Source: Klebsiella pneumoniae
Lineage (GTDB): Bacteria; Myxococcota_A; UBA9042
Direction of reading: 5' to 3'
NCBI GenBank assembly: GCA_945889325.1
Contig: CAMDBH010000006.1
Span: 3,975 to 67,974 of the forward strand
DNA length: 64,000 nt
Made by a program: the position numbers and the translations under genes. Below, piece after piece: positions 41,792 through 50,375 of this stretch (the stretch's first letter is position 1; every line of letters starts with the position of its first letter). Under the pieces are notes generated by a model. It saw nothing but the letters and a program-made list of their open reading frames with translations. It did not search any database and was not told the origin of the DNA.

Positions 41792-41825
41792 GGTTATACG
41801 CAGTTGACATGATGTGCGTATAACT
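41792..41825. promoter_or_regulatory. 34-bp palindromic site, copy 2; overlaps a putative leaderless -10 box
   Basis: GGTTATACGCAG-TTGACATGAT-GTGCGTATAACT. Minus-strand TATAAC lies 6 nt before ATG 41786. Confidence 0.75.
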
Positions 41826-41965
41826 CAATTTGGCGAACAAGGCAAGTGTTCAGGTGCGACGACGCGGCGAAAGTGCATTGAAACCTTGACTTTCGAGCCA
41901 GACTGGCGCAATTTCGCCCGCCTCAACACCCCGCCTCGCCGCGCTAAAATTCACCGGAGCCAACC

Positions 41966-43402
41966 ATCCTTTCCCAACGTCTATCTGCCCGTTATCCCTT
42001 GCTTTTGTTGCTGCACAGCGATGAACGCGATGCCGTTGCGCGGGTGCAACAGGCGGCAAGCGAATTGCAACTAGACGTGCAACTGTTGAACTACGCGACG
42101 CAATCGCCAATCGAATTGGCGGTTGCTGCGTTACAGGGCCTGACCGAGCAAGCGAAGCGTCAGGTGTTGATTTTGCCGCTCGGCGATATTTTGCTGCGCA
42201 ATCAAGGGATTGTGCGGTTTCTGGTTGAAAAACTGGTGGATTTGGAGCGCATCGGTCATTCGGTCGTATTGCTCAGCGTTGTGCCGGTACAGTGTGTTGA
42301 ACTTGCCCGGGATTTGGCGGTGCTGCATCTGCCGCTGCCCGGCGTCGCGGAATTGCAACCGCTGGTCAATGCGGCCTTTTCGGGTAGCGCGCTTGACGTG
42401 CACGCGGGCGTGCAGGCGTTGCGCGGGCTCACGCAAGGGCAGGCGCGACGGGCCCTGCGGCGGATTCGTCAACAAGGTTTGCAACCTACGGCGATTGACG
42501 AGTTGCAGGGCGAGAAGCGCGATCTGATTGCGCAAGGCGGCGTGCTCGATTTGGTGGAAAACTTGGGCGATGCGACACAAGTTGGCGGATTGGATGCGGT
42601 TAAGGAGTGGCTGCACCGTCGCCGCCGCGCACTGCAACAGCCCGCGCGCGATTACGGCCTGCCGATGCCGCGCGGGGTGTTGGTTTTGGGCGTGCAAGGC
42701 TGCGGTAAGTCGCTGATTGTCAAAGCTTCTGCTCAGATTTTGGGTCTACCTCTTGTGCGGTTGGACATCGGGCGCCTGTACGCGGCCGATCGCGCGCCCG
42801 ATGAGCTGTTGCGCCAAGCCCTTGCCGTCGCTGAAGCGATGGCGCCTGTGGTGCTTTGGCTCGATGAAATTGACAAGGCTTTTTCAACCGCGGCGACGAC
42901 GCCATCTGAAGAAGGGGCTCGTATTTTTGGCAGTTTTCTGACTTGGTTGGGGGAACAGCGCGCCGGTGTGTTTGTGGCGGCGACGGCCAACCGCGTCGAA
43001 CATTTGCCGCCGGAATTGGTGCGCAAAGGCCGTTTTGACGAGATGTTTTTTGTCGATTTGCCCGATTCCGCGGTGCGTTCTGAGATTTTGGCGATCCAAC
43101 TGCGCCGATCGGGTCGAAATCCAGCGATATATGATTTGCAACAGCTTGCAAACAAAGCCGATCGTTTGACCGGTGCCGAGATTGAACAAGCCGTGACCGA
43201 AAGTTTGGCCAACGCTTTTTCGCAAGATCGCGAGATGACCACAGCGGATATCGCCGCAGCGCTGGCCAAAACCGTGCCCTTTGTGGAAACATACGAGCCG
43301 CAGGTGCAGGCGCTGCGCCAATGGGCGCGGCACCGCTGCAAACCGGCAACGCACGACCGAAGTCTGCGGGAACTTTATCTTTCAGCGCTTGATGAGCGCT
43401 AA
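41966..43402 (+). CDS. Ycf46-like AAA+ ATPase; probable ATC start (else TTG at 41999)
   Basis: VGGLDAVKEWL, GVQGCGKS, LWLDEIDK, ATANRVEHLPPELVRKGRFDE. Upstream in-frame RLSARYPL matches the family N-terminus. Confidence 0.8.
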   Translation: MLSQRLSARYPLLLLLHSDERDAVARVQQAASELQLDVQLLNYATQSPIELAVAALQGLTEQAKRQVLILPLGDILLRNQGIVRFLVEKLVDLERIGHSVVLLSVVPVQCVELARDLAVLHLPLPGVAELQPLVNAAFSGSALDVHAGVQALRGLTQGQARRALRRIRQQGLQPTAIDELQGEKRDLIAQGGVLDLVENLGDATQVGGLDAVKEWLHRRRRALQQPARDYGLPMPRGVLVLGVQGCGKSLIVKASAQILGLPLVRLDIGRLYAADRAPDELLRQALAVAEAMAPVVLWLDEIDKAFSTAATTPSEEGARIFGSFLTWLGEQRAGVFVAATANRVEHLPPELVRKGRFDEMFFVDLPDSAVRSEILAIQLRRSGRNPAIYDLQQLANKADRLTGAEIEQAVTESLANAFSQDREMTTADIAAALAKTVPFVETYEPQVQALRQWARHRCKPATHDRSLRELYLSALDER

Positions 43403-43414
43403 ACACGTTGGCTT

Positions 43415-44446
43415 TTGATGACGCGTGCTTGGCCTGAAAAATTTGAAGTAGGTGTCATCGGCGCAGGTGCTTGGGGCACAGCGCTGGCGATGCATTGCGC
43501 GCGCAAGGGCATGAATACGCTGATGTGGGCGTACGAGCCTGACACCGTGCAAGCCATTGAAGATACGCAACAAAACCCGACGTTTCTGCCTGGCGTGGCA
43601 CTGCCGGGTAACTTGCGTGCCACCAACGATCTGCAAAAGTGCGTGCAAAGCGCCAACATTTTGCTTACAGTGATCCCGACGCCGCATGTAGCTAGAATTG
43701 CCAAGCAAATCGCACCTTGGCTGACCGACGATCATGCCATTGTCAGCTGCTCAAAAGGCATCGACAACGAATCGCTTGAGACAGTCAACGAGATTTTTGA
43801 GCGGGTCTTGCCGCGCAGGTTCCATCTTTCACTGGCTTATTTGAGCGGTCCGTCGTTTGCGGCCGAAGTTGCCGCGGGCAGTCCGACGGCCGTGACGATT
43901 GCCGCTTTGGACCGCAAGTTAGCGCATCATTTGCAAAAAGAACTGTCCAACGATCGCTTGCGCTGCTACGCGACCAACGATGTGATCGGCGTGGAAATGG
44001 GCGGCGCGCTGAAAAATGTGATGGCGATCGCGACCGGTGCGGCGGATGGTTTGGGCTTTGGTTTCAATGCCCGCGCCGCTTTGATCACCCGCGGCTTATC
44101 GGAAATTACCCGCGTGGCCGTGAAGAAAGGCGGCAATCCGTTGACGATGCAGGGACTTGCCGGCATGGGCGATCTCGTGCTGACCTGCACCGGCGACTTG
44201 AGCCGCAACCGCACGGTCGGGTTGCGACTGGGACGCGGTGAAACCATTGAGCAAATTCTCGGGTCGATGAGTGCAGTGGCCGAGGGGGTCCTGACCAGCC
44301 GCAGCGCGCACCGCCTGTGCGAGCAACTGGGCGTCGACGCGCCGATTATTCACAATACTTACCGCGTGGTGCATGAGGGGCTGCCGCCTCTGGAAGCGCT
44401 GGCGTCGCTGATGAGCCGGTCGCTCAAAGATGAATTGACGCTGTAA
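43415..44446 (+). CDS. gpsA: NAD(P)H-dependent glycerol-3-phosphate dehydrogenase
   Basis: GAGAWGTALA, SKGI, LSGPSFAAE, GGALKNVMAI, GMGDLVLTC...SRN. Confidence 0.95.
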   Translation: MMTRAWPEKFEVGVIGAGAWGTALAMHCARKGMNTLMWAYEPDTVQAIEDTQQNPTFLPGVALPGNLRATNDLQKCVQSANILLTVIPTPHVARIAKQIAPWLTDDHAIVSCSKGIDNESLETVNEIFERVLPRRFHLSLAYLSGPSFAAEVAAGSPTAVTIAALDRKLAHHLQKELSNDRLRCYATNDVIGVEMGGALKNVMAIATGAADGLGFGFNARAALITRGLSEITRVAVKKGGNPLTMQGLAGMGDLVLTCTGDLSRNRTVGLRLGRGETIEQILGSMSAVAEGVLTSRSAHRLCEQLGVDAPIIHNTYRVVHEGLPPLEALASLMSRSLKDELTL

Positions 44447-44449
44447 CAA

Positions 44450-45001
44450 ATGACAAAAATTGTTAAAAATCTTACGGTTGACCCGCAGGCTACCTACTTG
44501 GATATCGGGCGCATCGGCAGGCCGCACGGCGTCCGCGGTGCGGTTCACCTACATCTGTTCAACCCAGACACCGATATCTTTGATCACACGATGGATTTTC
44601 GCATCTACCAGCCCGGCAAACCGGCTGTGATGTTGCATTTGGCCGAATTGCGGCCAGCGGCCGGTGATTTTCTTGCGCATTTTGCCACCATTGAAGATCG
44701 GGCGCAGGCGGCTGCCTTGACCCACGCGGTTGTCAGTGTAAATGAAGCGCATTTGCCCGCTGCGGCCGAGGACGAATTTTACCTCGGCCAGCTCATCGGC
44801 GCGATCGTTTACGATGAAGCAACGGGTCAACGCTGCGGCGTGATCGACGGCCTGCTGCAAACGCACACAGAACTGCTGTCAATTCAATTGGATACAGGCG
44901 GAAACGCCTTGGTGCCGATCGAGTCGGACGCCATTGTTGAGATGGGGCGGCAAGCCGGCAAAGTCGTGATCCGCCACGTGGACGATTGGCGCAGTGCTTG
45001 A
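44450..45001 (+). CDS. rimM: Ribosome maturation factor RimM
   Basis: IGRIGRPHGVRG, EDEFY...LIG; upstream of trmD. Confidence 0.85.
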   Translation: MTKIVKNLTVDPQATYLDIGRIGRPHGVRGAVHLHLFNPDTDIFDHTMDFRIYQPGKPAVMLHLAELRPAAGDFLAHFATIEDRAQAAALTHAVVSVNEAHLPAAAEDEFYLGQLIGAIVYDEATGQRCGVIDGLLQTHTELLSIQLDTGGNALVPIESDAIVEMGRQAGKVVIRHVDDWRSA

Positions 45002-45779
45002 GCGGACTGAAAATACGCCGGAAATTAGCCGATCAGCGCCTTTTCGCTTTGATGTCCTGACATTGTTTCCGGCGCTTTTTGACGGCCTCAAACAGGAAAG
45101 CCTTCTGGGCAAGGCGTTGCAAGCCGGCGTCATCGAACTGCATTTGCACAATTGGCGCGCCTTTGCCACCGACAAGCACCACACCGTGGACGACGCGCCT
45201 TTTGGCGGCGGCGCCGGTTTGGTGCTCAAACCCGATGTCGTCGTGAACTGCCTTCGCTCAGTGAAGCCAGTGCAATCAAAATCAATTCTCCTCTCCCCCG
45301 CTGGTGCGCTATTTACCCAACAAACCGCGATCGCTTGGTCCAAACTGGCCGGTGTCACACTTTTGTGTGGACGGTATGAGGGATTTGACGCCCGCGTCGA
45401 CGATCACGTCGATGAAGTCGTTTCGATCGGCGACTTTGTCCTCAATGGCGGCGAAGTCGCGGCGATGGCGATCATTGAAACGGTGGCGCGACTGTTGCCG
45501 GGTGTCATTGGCAACCATGCGTCATTACAAGAAGAATCCCATCAAAATGGCATGCTCGAATACCCGCAGTACACCCATCCGCGGGATTTTGAAGGGGCTA
45601 TGGTCCCACCCGAACTGCTCAGCGGCCACCACGCCCAGATCGCGCAATGGCGCGCGCGTGAGGCTCTTTTGCGCACGGCCTTGCGCCGACCAGAACTGAT
45701 TGATCATAATACCCTTTCTGCAAAAGATGCCCAATGGCTGGCTGCGCAACTGGCGACTTTGCCCGCAAATACGGATTGA
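44994..45779 (+). CDS. trmD: tRNA (guanine-N1)-methyltransferase
   Basis: VLTLFP, VDDAPFGGGAG, LCGRYEGFD, SIGDFVLNGGE, LEYPQYT. Confidence 0.97.
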   Translation: MLERTENTPEISRSAPFRFDVLTLFPALFDGLKQESLLGKALQAGVIELHLHNWRAFATDKHHTVDDAPFGGGAGLVLKPDVVVNCLRSVKPVQSKSILLSPAGALFTQQTAIAWSKLAGVTLLCGRYEGFDARVDDHVDEVVSIGDFVLNGGEVAAMAIIETVARLLPGVIGNHASLQEESHQNGMLEYPQYTHPRDFEGAMVPPELLSGHHAQIAQWRAREALLRTALRRPELIDHNTLSAKDAQWLAAQLATLPANTD

Positions 45780-45786
45780 CTTTTTC

Positions 45787-46377
45787 ATGAATAGGCGTAT
45801 CTTCCTCGCCCTTGTTCACTATCCGGTCCTCGATCGGCGCGGACAATTGCTGGCTTCGGCCGTCACAAACGTGGATATTCACGACCTTGCGCGTTCGGCC
45901 CGCACTTTTGGTGCGCAAGGCGTGTACATCGTGACCCCCGTGACGCTGCAGCAGCGGATGGTTGAGGAAGTCCTTGATCATTGGACCAAAGGTGACGGCG
46001 CTGCGCACATCCGCCGCGCCGAGGCGCTGCAACGGGTTGCCGTGGCCGCGTCGTTAGAAGCCGCGGCGATAGATATCGCAGAGCGAACCGGTCTTGCGCC
46101 GGTTACAGCGGTCACCGGCGCGCAAATGTTGGCGCCGACTCACAGTTTTGCGCAGATGCGGCGTGAACTACGGGCGCCCGACGGCCCACCAGTCCTGCTC
46201 GCGTTTGGCACCAGTTGGGGCTTAGCTCCGCAAATCATTGAAAGTGCGCAGATTCGTCTGCCACCTGTCGGCCGCGACCCAGCGCTGCAAGGCGATGAAC
46301 CGCGTTACAACCATCTTTCTGTACGCGCAGCAGTGGCGATCGTTTTGGATCGGCTGCTGGGCGACACCCAACCCTAG
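45787..46377 (+). CDS. SPOUT RNA methyltransferase (SPOUT_MTase_2-like) between trmD and rplS
   Basis: LALVHYPV...VTNVDIHDLARSARTFG, FGTSWGL, YNHLSVRAAVAIVLDRL. Confidence 0.85.
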   Translation: MNRRIFLALVHYPVLDRRGQLLASAVTNVDIHDLARSARTFGAQGVYIVTPVTLQQRMVEEVLDHWTKGDGAAHIRRAEALQRVAVAASLEAAAIDIAERTGLAPVTAVTGAQMLAPTHSFAQMRRELRAPDGPPVLLAFGTSWGLAPQIIESAQIRLPPVGRDPALQGDEPRYNHLSVRAAVAIVLDRLLGDTQP

Positions 46378-46518
46378 CTTGCCCGGCGGGCGGGCACAAC
46401 GAACCGGCGCTATTGCAGCGCTTTCAAAGGCAACGCCCGTCGGGGCGTTGACCGAATCGGTGGCAAGTCCTCAAAATGCGGACCTCTGCAAACCTGCAAT
46501 TCTGACAAGGAGAATCCT

Positions 46519-46863
46519 ATGAGCCTGCTCGACGACGTCCAAAGTGGTCACCTGCGTTTTGACCTGCCCAGTTTCGGTACCGGCGACACCATCAAGGTGC
46601 ATGGCCGTATTATCGAAGGCGAAAAAGAACGCGTGCAAATTTACGAAGGCGTGGTCCTGCGCCGCACCGGCAACGGCTTGAATGCCAGCTTCACCGTGCG
46701 CAAGATCTCCAACGGCATCGGCGTGGAACGCATTTTCCCGTTGCACAGCCCGCGGATTTTGAAAGTTGAAGTCGTCAGTTCGGGCAAAGTCCGCCGTTCG
46801 CGCATCTACTACTTGCGCGCTTTGCAGGGCAAGGCCGCGAAATTGAAGAAGATCGAAGGATAA
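46519..46863 (+). CDS. rplS: 50S ribosomal protein L19
   Basis: [53 protein letters not shown]. Confidence 0.98.
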   Translation: MSLLDDVQSGHLRFDLPSFGTGDTIKVHGRIIEGEKERVQIYEGVVLRRTGNGLNASFTVRKISNGIGVERIFPLHSPRILKVEVVSSGKVRRSRIYYLRALQGKAAKLKKIEG

Positions 46864-46885
46864 GTTCTTCGATACGTCTTCTGTC

Positions 46886-46925
46886 AAGCCTTGGTATTTA
46901 GCGATGCCAGGGCTTTGGCATTTTT
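46886..46925 (+). terminator. Intrinsic terminator after rplS
   Basis: 12-bp stem AAGCCTTGGTAT/ATGCCAGGGCTT, followed closely by TTTTT. Confidence 0.6.
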
Positions 46926-46942
46926 GCGCTGGCGCTCGCGGT

Positions 46943-47015
46943 TGAACATATATTCACTTTCTGAACTTTCGTTCAAAATATGACTTGACAGTTCAGCGAA
47001 ATGAACTATCGTTCA
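46943..47015 (+). promoter_or_regulatory. Three TGAAC-N4-GTTCA operators overlapping the tetR promoter
   Basis: 46943-46956 (1 mismatch), 46962-46975 and 47002-47015; TTGACA at 46985-46990. Confidence 0.75.
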
Positions 47016-47019
47016 CTTC

Positions 47020-47688
47020 ATGCATGCAGAAGTCAAAAAGCCCTCGACACCGACGCTCTTGCGCGACCGTCTGCGTGAACAGACGCAAGGCCTGATCCTT
47101 GAAGCTGCGCAGCAACTTCTGGGCGAGGAAGGCCTCGCCAACACGCGCATCGACGCGATAGCGGCGCGCGCTGGCGTGTCCGTGGGCACATTGTACAACC
47201 ATTTCAAGGACCGCGACGCGATTTTGGCCGCGGTGCTTGAGCACAACCTGCAAACGCTGCTGCGCAGTCTTGACGCCGTGCTGGCCAATCCAAATCCCGA
47301 TTACTCCTTGGCATTGCGCCAATTTGTCAACGCATTTAGCGATCACTGGCAGCAAAATGGTGAAGTCGTGCACTTGCTGATGACGGGCCAACCGGACACG
47401 ACCAATCTGGTGTGCAACCGCCAAGGGGTGATTCGCGAAATCCGCTGGCGCGGAGCGCGGTTGATCAAACTCGGTGTGGATGCGGGCGTGTTGCGCTCGG
47501 AACATCCCAGCCTGTTTGGCGACTTCCTATTGGCTTTGATGCGCCAGCGTTGGATGCAACGGATGCTGTTGCCCGATGAGGCGCTGCCAGATGTTCATCA
47601 CATGATTGATTTTTTTCTCCACGGCGCCGGCCTTAGGCATCCTGCCGCAGCGTCGGAAAGCGCATTTCCAGAGGCGTCAGATGTCTAG
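47020..47688 (+). CDS. TetR/AcrR family regulator
   Basis: HTH ILEAAQQLLGEEG...IAARAGVSVGTLYNHFKDR. Confidence 0.92.
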   Translation: MHAEVKKPSTPTLLRDRLREQTQGLILEAAQQLLGEEGLANTRIDAIAARAGVSVGTLYNHFKDRDAILAAVLEHNLQTLLRSLDAVLANPNPDYSLALRQFVNAFSDHWQQNGEVVHLLMTGQPDTTNLVCNRQGVIREIRWRGARLIKLGVDAGVLRSEHPSLFGDFLLALMRQRWMQRMLLPDEALPDVHHMIDFFLHGAGLRHPAAASESAFPEASDV

Positions 47689-49045
47689 ATCTGCCTATTT
47701 TGTAGGTTTTCTCGTCGGATTGGCGCCGTGCGCCGCTGCGCTGGCCCAAGAAGTTGAACAACCTGCGGCTGAAGTGCTGACGCTTGACGCCGCAATCGAG
47801 CAAGCGCTGCAATACAATTCCGATGTGCAAATAGCGGGTTTACGCCTTGGCGAAGTCAAAGCGGTGCGCGACAAAGTGACCACGGCCTATTTGCCCAACA
47901 TCGTGGCGGCGGCGACGTACACGCACAATTCGGCGGAAGCTGTTTTCGATATGGGCAAAATTATTCAAGGTATCGGCAAAAATATCGGTGTGCCGATTGC
48001 GCCTGAAAGTTTGCCGCCGCCGTCCTACATCCAGCGCTTTGACACGCTGGGCGCAGTTTTGACCTTGGATCAGCCGGTGTTCGCGATGTCGCCGATCTTG
48101 CTCATGCGCGCTGCTGACCGTCAGATCGACGCCCAAACGGCGGCACAGGAAGCAACCAGACGGGAAATCATCTATCAAGTCAAGCAAGTGTACTACACGT
48201 TGGCTGGCACCGAGCGCCTGATTCAAAGCGCGCAACGGGCTCTTTCACTGGCAGATCAACGCATAGCCAACGCGTTGCGCCGTCAGGCCAGCGGCGCCGA
48301 GGGCGAACTCACGGTGCTGCGGGCGCAAACGGAACGCGACAAGGCCGAACAGGATCTGATTCGCACGCAAAATGTCCGGCAACAGCTCCTAGCGGCGATC
48401 GGCACGCTTTTGGGCGCCGATCCACCAACCGCGGTCAGTCCGCCGCCGGCGCTGGAACTGCCCGCGGGCGATGCACAAGCGTGGGTCCAAAGTTCAATGC
48501 GTCAGCGTCCCGACTTGGAAGCCCGGCGGCAAGCGGTGGCGGCCGCGCAAGTCGCGCTGGAGGAAGCGCAACTGCGCTGGTTGCCGATCCTGAGCATTGG
48601 CGGACGCTTGAATTATACCGACACTGCCGGTTTTGCTGGAAAAAATTGGCTTTGGGCCGTAACCGCCAATTTGGCAGTGCCGTTGTTTGATCGCGGTCTG
48701 CGTTACGCCGATGCCCGCGAGCGGCGGCAGACCCAAGCGCGCCTCAACGCGGAACTGAGCAAAGCACAAACGGAATTGAAAACGGCCCTGCGCCAGACGG
48801 AACTCGATCTGCGCACTGCTGAAAAAACGCTGGCGATCGCGCTGGCGCAAGCACAAAAGGCCAAACGCATGGCCGAAATTGTCGGCAAAGCGCAGGTGGC
48901 CGGCGCGGCCACATCTTTGGAAGTAGCCGAAGCCGATACAGGCCTGCGCGTTGCCGAATCCGCCGCCGAGCGCGAACGCATCAATTTGCAATTGGCGATG
49001 TTGAAGTTGCAGCACCTTACGGGTGCAGTCACCGCATCTAAATAG
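47681..49045 (+). CDS. TolC-family outer-membrane efflux protein
   Basis: Signal peptide; LTLDAAIEQAL, AYLPNI, RPDL, PLFDRG; two-repeat architecture. Confidence 0.88.
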   Translation: MSRSAYFVGFLVGLAPCAAALAQEVEQPAAEVLTLDAAIEQALQYNSDVQIAGLRLGEVKAVRDKVTTAYLPNIVAAATYTHNSAEAVFDMGKIIQGIGKNIGVPIAPESLPPPSYIQRFDTLGAVLTLDQPVFAMSPILLMRAADRQIDAQTAAQEATRREIIYQVKQVYYTLAGTERLIQSAQRALSLADQRIANALRRQASGAEGELTVLRAQTERDKAEQDLIRTQNVRQQLLAAIGTLLGADPPTAVSPPPALELPAGDAQAWVQSSMRQRPDLEARRQAVAAAQVALEEAQLRWLPILSIGGRLNYTDTAGFAGKNWLWAVTANLAVPLFDRGLRYADARERRQTQARLNAELSKAQTELKTALRQTELDLRTAEKTLAIALAQAQKAKRMAEIVGKAQVAGAATSLEVAEADTGLRVAESAAERERINLQLAMLKLQHLTGAVTASK

Positions 49046-50356
49046 ATGAAAGCCATGGAGAATTTGATGTATTTCCCAGTGAAAGCCCACCAAAATCTGG
49101 CTTTGCTCGTGCTATTCGCCTGCGCGCTAAGCGCTTGCAACAAGGCGGATGCCACCGCGCCCGGTGGGGGCGCCGACGCTGCCGCAGCGCCGGCCGCACC
49201 TTCGACGCCCGCCGTCGAAAAGCCAGAAGTCGTTCATGTGATTAAAATCAAAACCGAAAAATTGCCGCCGACGCTAGACCTGACCGGTACATTGGCGGCT
49301 GATGAATCGAGCGACGTCGCGGCGCCTGCGCCGGGCTTGCTCACAGAAGTGCTGATCGACGTCGGCTCGCGGGTCAAAAAGGGCGACGTCTTGGCCAAAG
49401 TCGATCGCCGCGATGCGCAAATGCGCGAACTGCAAGCGACAGCGGCCACCGCGCAGGCAGGCGCGCGCTTGGGCATCAAGCCGGGCGATGCCTTCAACCC
49501 GCAAAAAGTGCCCGAGGTCCTTGTCGCCAAGCAAGCGTTGGAACTAGCTGAAACTGAAGCAAAACGTGCCAAGGCTCTGGTCGAAGGCGGCTCAGCGGCA
49601 GCCTCGCTTTGGGATCAGGCGCGCATCCGCGGCGAACAAGCGCGCGGACAATACGACGCGGCTGTCAACGGCGCGCGTCAGCAATACGCCGCGCTGCAAA
49701 TGGCGCGGGCGGCTCAGGATTTGACGGAAAAAGCCAGCAATGACACCGAAATTCGCGCGCCTTTTGACGGCGTGGTCATTGAAAAGCGCGTGTCGCCCGG
49801 CGAATATGCCCAAGCGGGGCGGGTCATCGCTGTCGTGATTCGCGACACGACCTTGCGCCTCAAAGTCGACGTGCCGGAAGCCGACGCGGCAAAAGTGAAG
49901 ATCGACGCACAAGTGCTTGTTACTGTTGCCGCTTGGCCTGGTCGGGTTTTTTCCGGCGCCATCAAACGCATCGGCGCATCGCTGAAAATGCAGTCGCGCG
50001 CGCTGCCGGTTGAAGCGGAATTCGCCAATCCAGACGGCGAACTCAAACCGGGATTTTTCGCCCATGCCTCTATCGTTGTTGAAGGCGCTGGCTTAGATGC
50101 AATGTTGGTGCCCGCCACGGCCATCGGCAACAGCGGCAGCGCCTCGCGCGTGTTCGCCATCACAGGCGATCGCATCGCCGAGCGCATCGTCACCGTCGGT
50201 CGCAGTTGGCAGGGTTTGGTTGAAATCCATGGAAATATCAAGGTAAATGATGAGATCGCCAACGACAACCTGACCAAGCTCCTCGACGGTGCTGCGGTGG
50301 TCGTGCAGCGATCCGAACCGATCGCCGCAGCCATTGAGTCGACATCAACCCATTGA
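49046..50356 (+). CDS. RND periplasmic adaptor (membrane fusion protein), lipoprotein
   Basis: Lipobox LSAC, GSRVKKGDVLA, EIRAPFDGVV, LKPGFFA. Confidence 0.9.
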   Translation: MKAMENLMYFPVKAHQNLALLVLFACALSACNKADATAPGGGADAAAAPAAPSTPAVEKPEVVHVIKIKTEKLPPTLDLTGTLAADESSDVAAPAPGLLTEVLIDVGSRVKKGDVLAKVDRRDAQMRELQATAATAQAGARLGIKPGDAFNPQKVPEVLVAKQALELAETEAKRAKALVEGGSAAASLWDQARIRGEQARGQYDAAVNGARQQYAALQMARAAQDLTEKASNDTEIRAPFDGVVIEKRVSPGEYAQAGRVIAVVIRDTTLRLKVDVPEADAAKVKIDAQVLVTVAAWPGRVFSGAIKRIGASLKMQSRALPVEAEFANPDGELKPGFFAHASIVVEGAGLDAMLVPATAIGNSGSASRVFAITGDRIAERIVTVGRSWQGLVEIHGNIKVNDEIANDNLTKLLDGAAVVVQRSEPIAAAIESTSTH

Positions 50357-50375
50357 TCTCGTTTAGGAAAGCCTT

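Noticed and set aside
39962-41825. Palindromes as functional dif/pdif, lox or attC recombination sites
   Set aside because: Half-sites face outward, no XerD arm sits at 6-bp spacing, the spacers differ between copies, and no recombinase is nearby.
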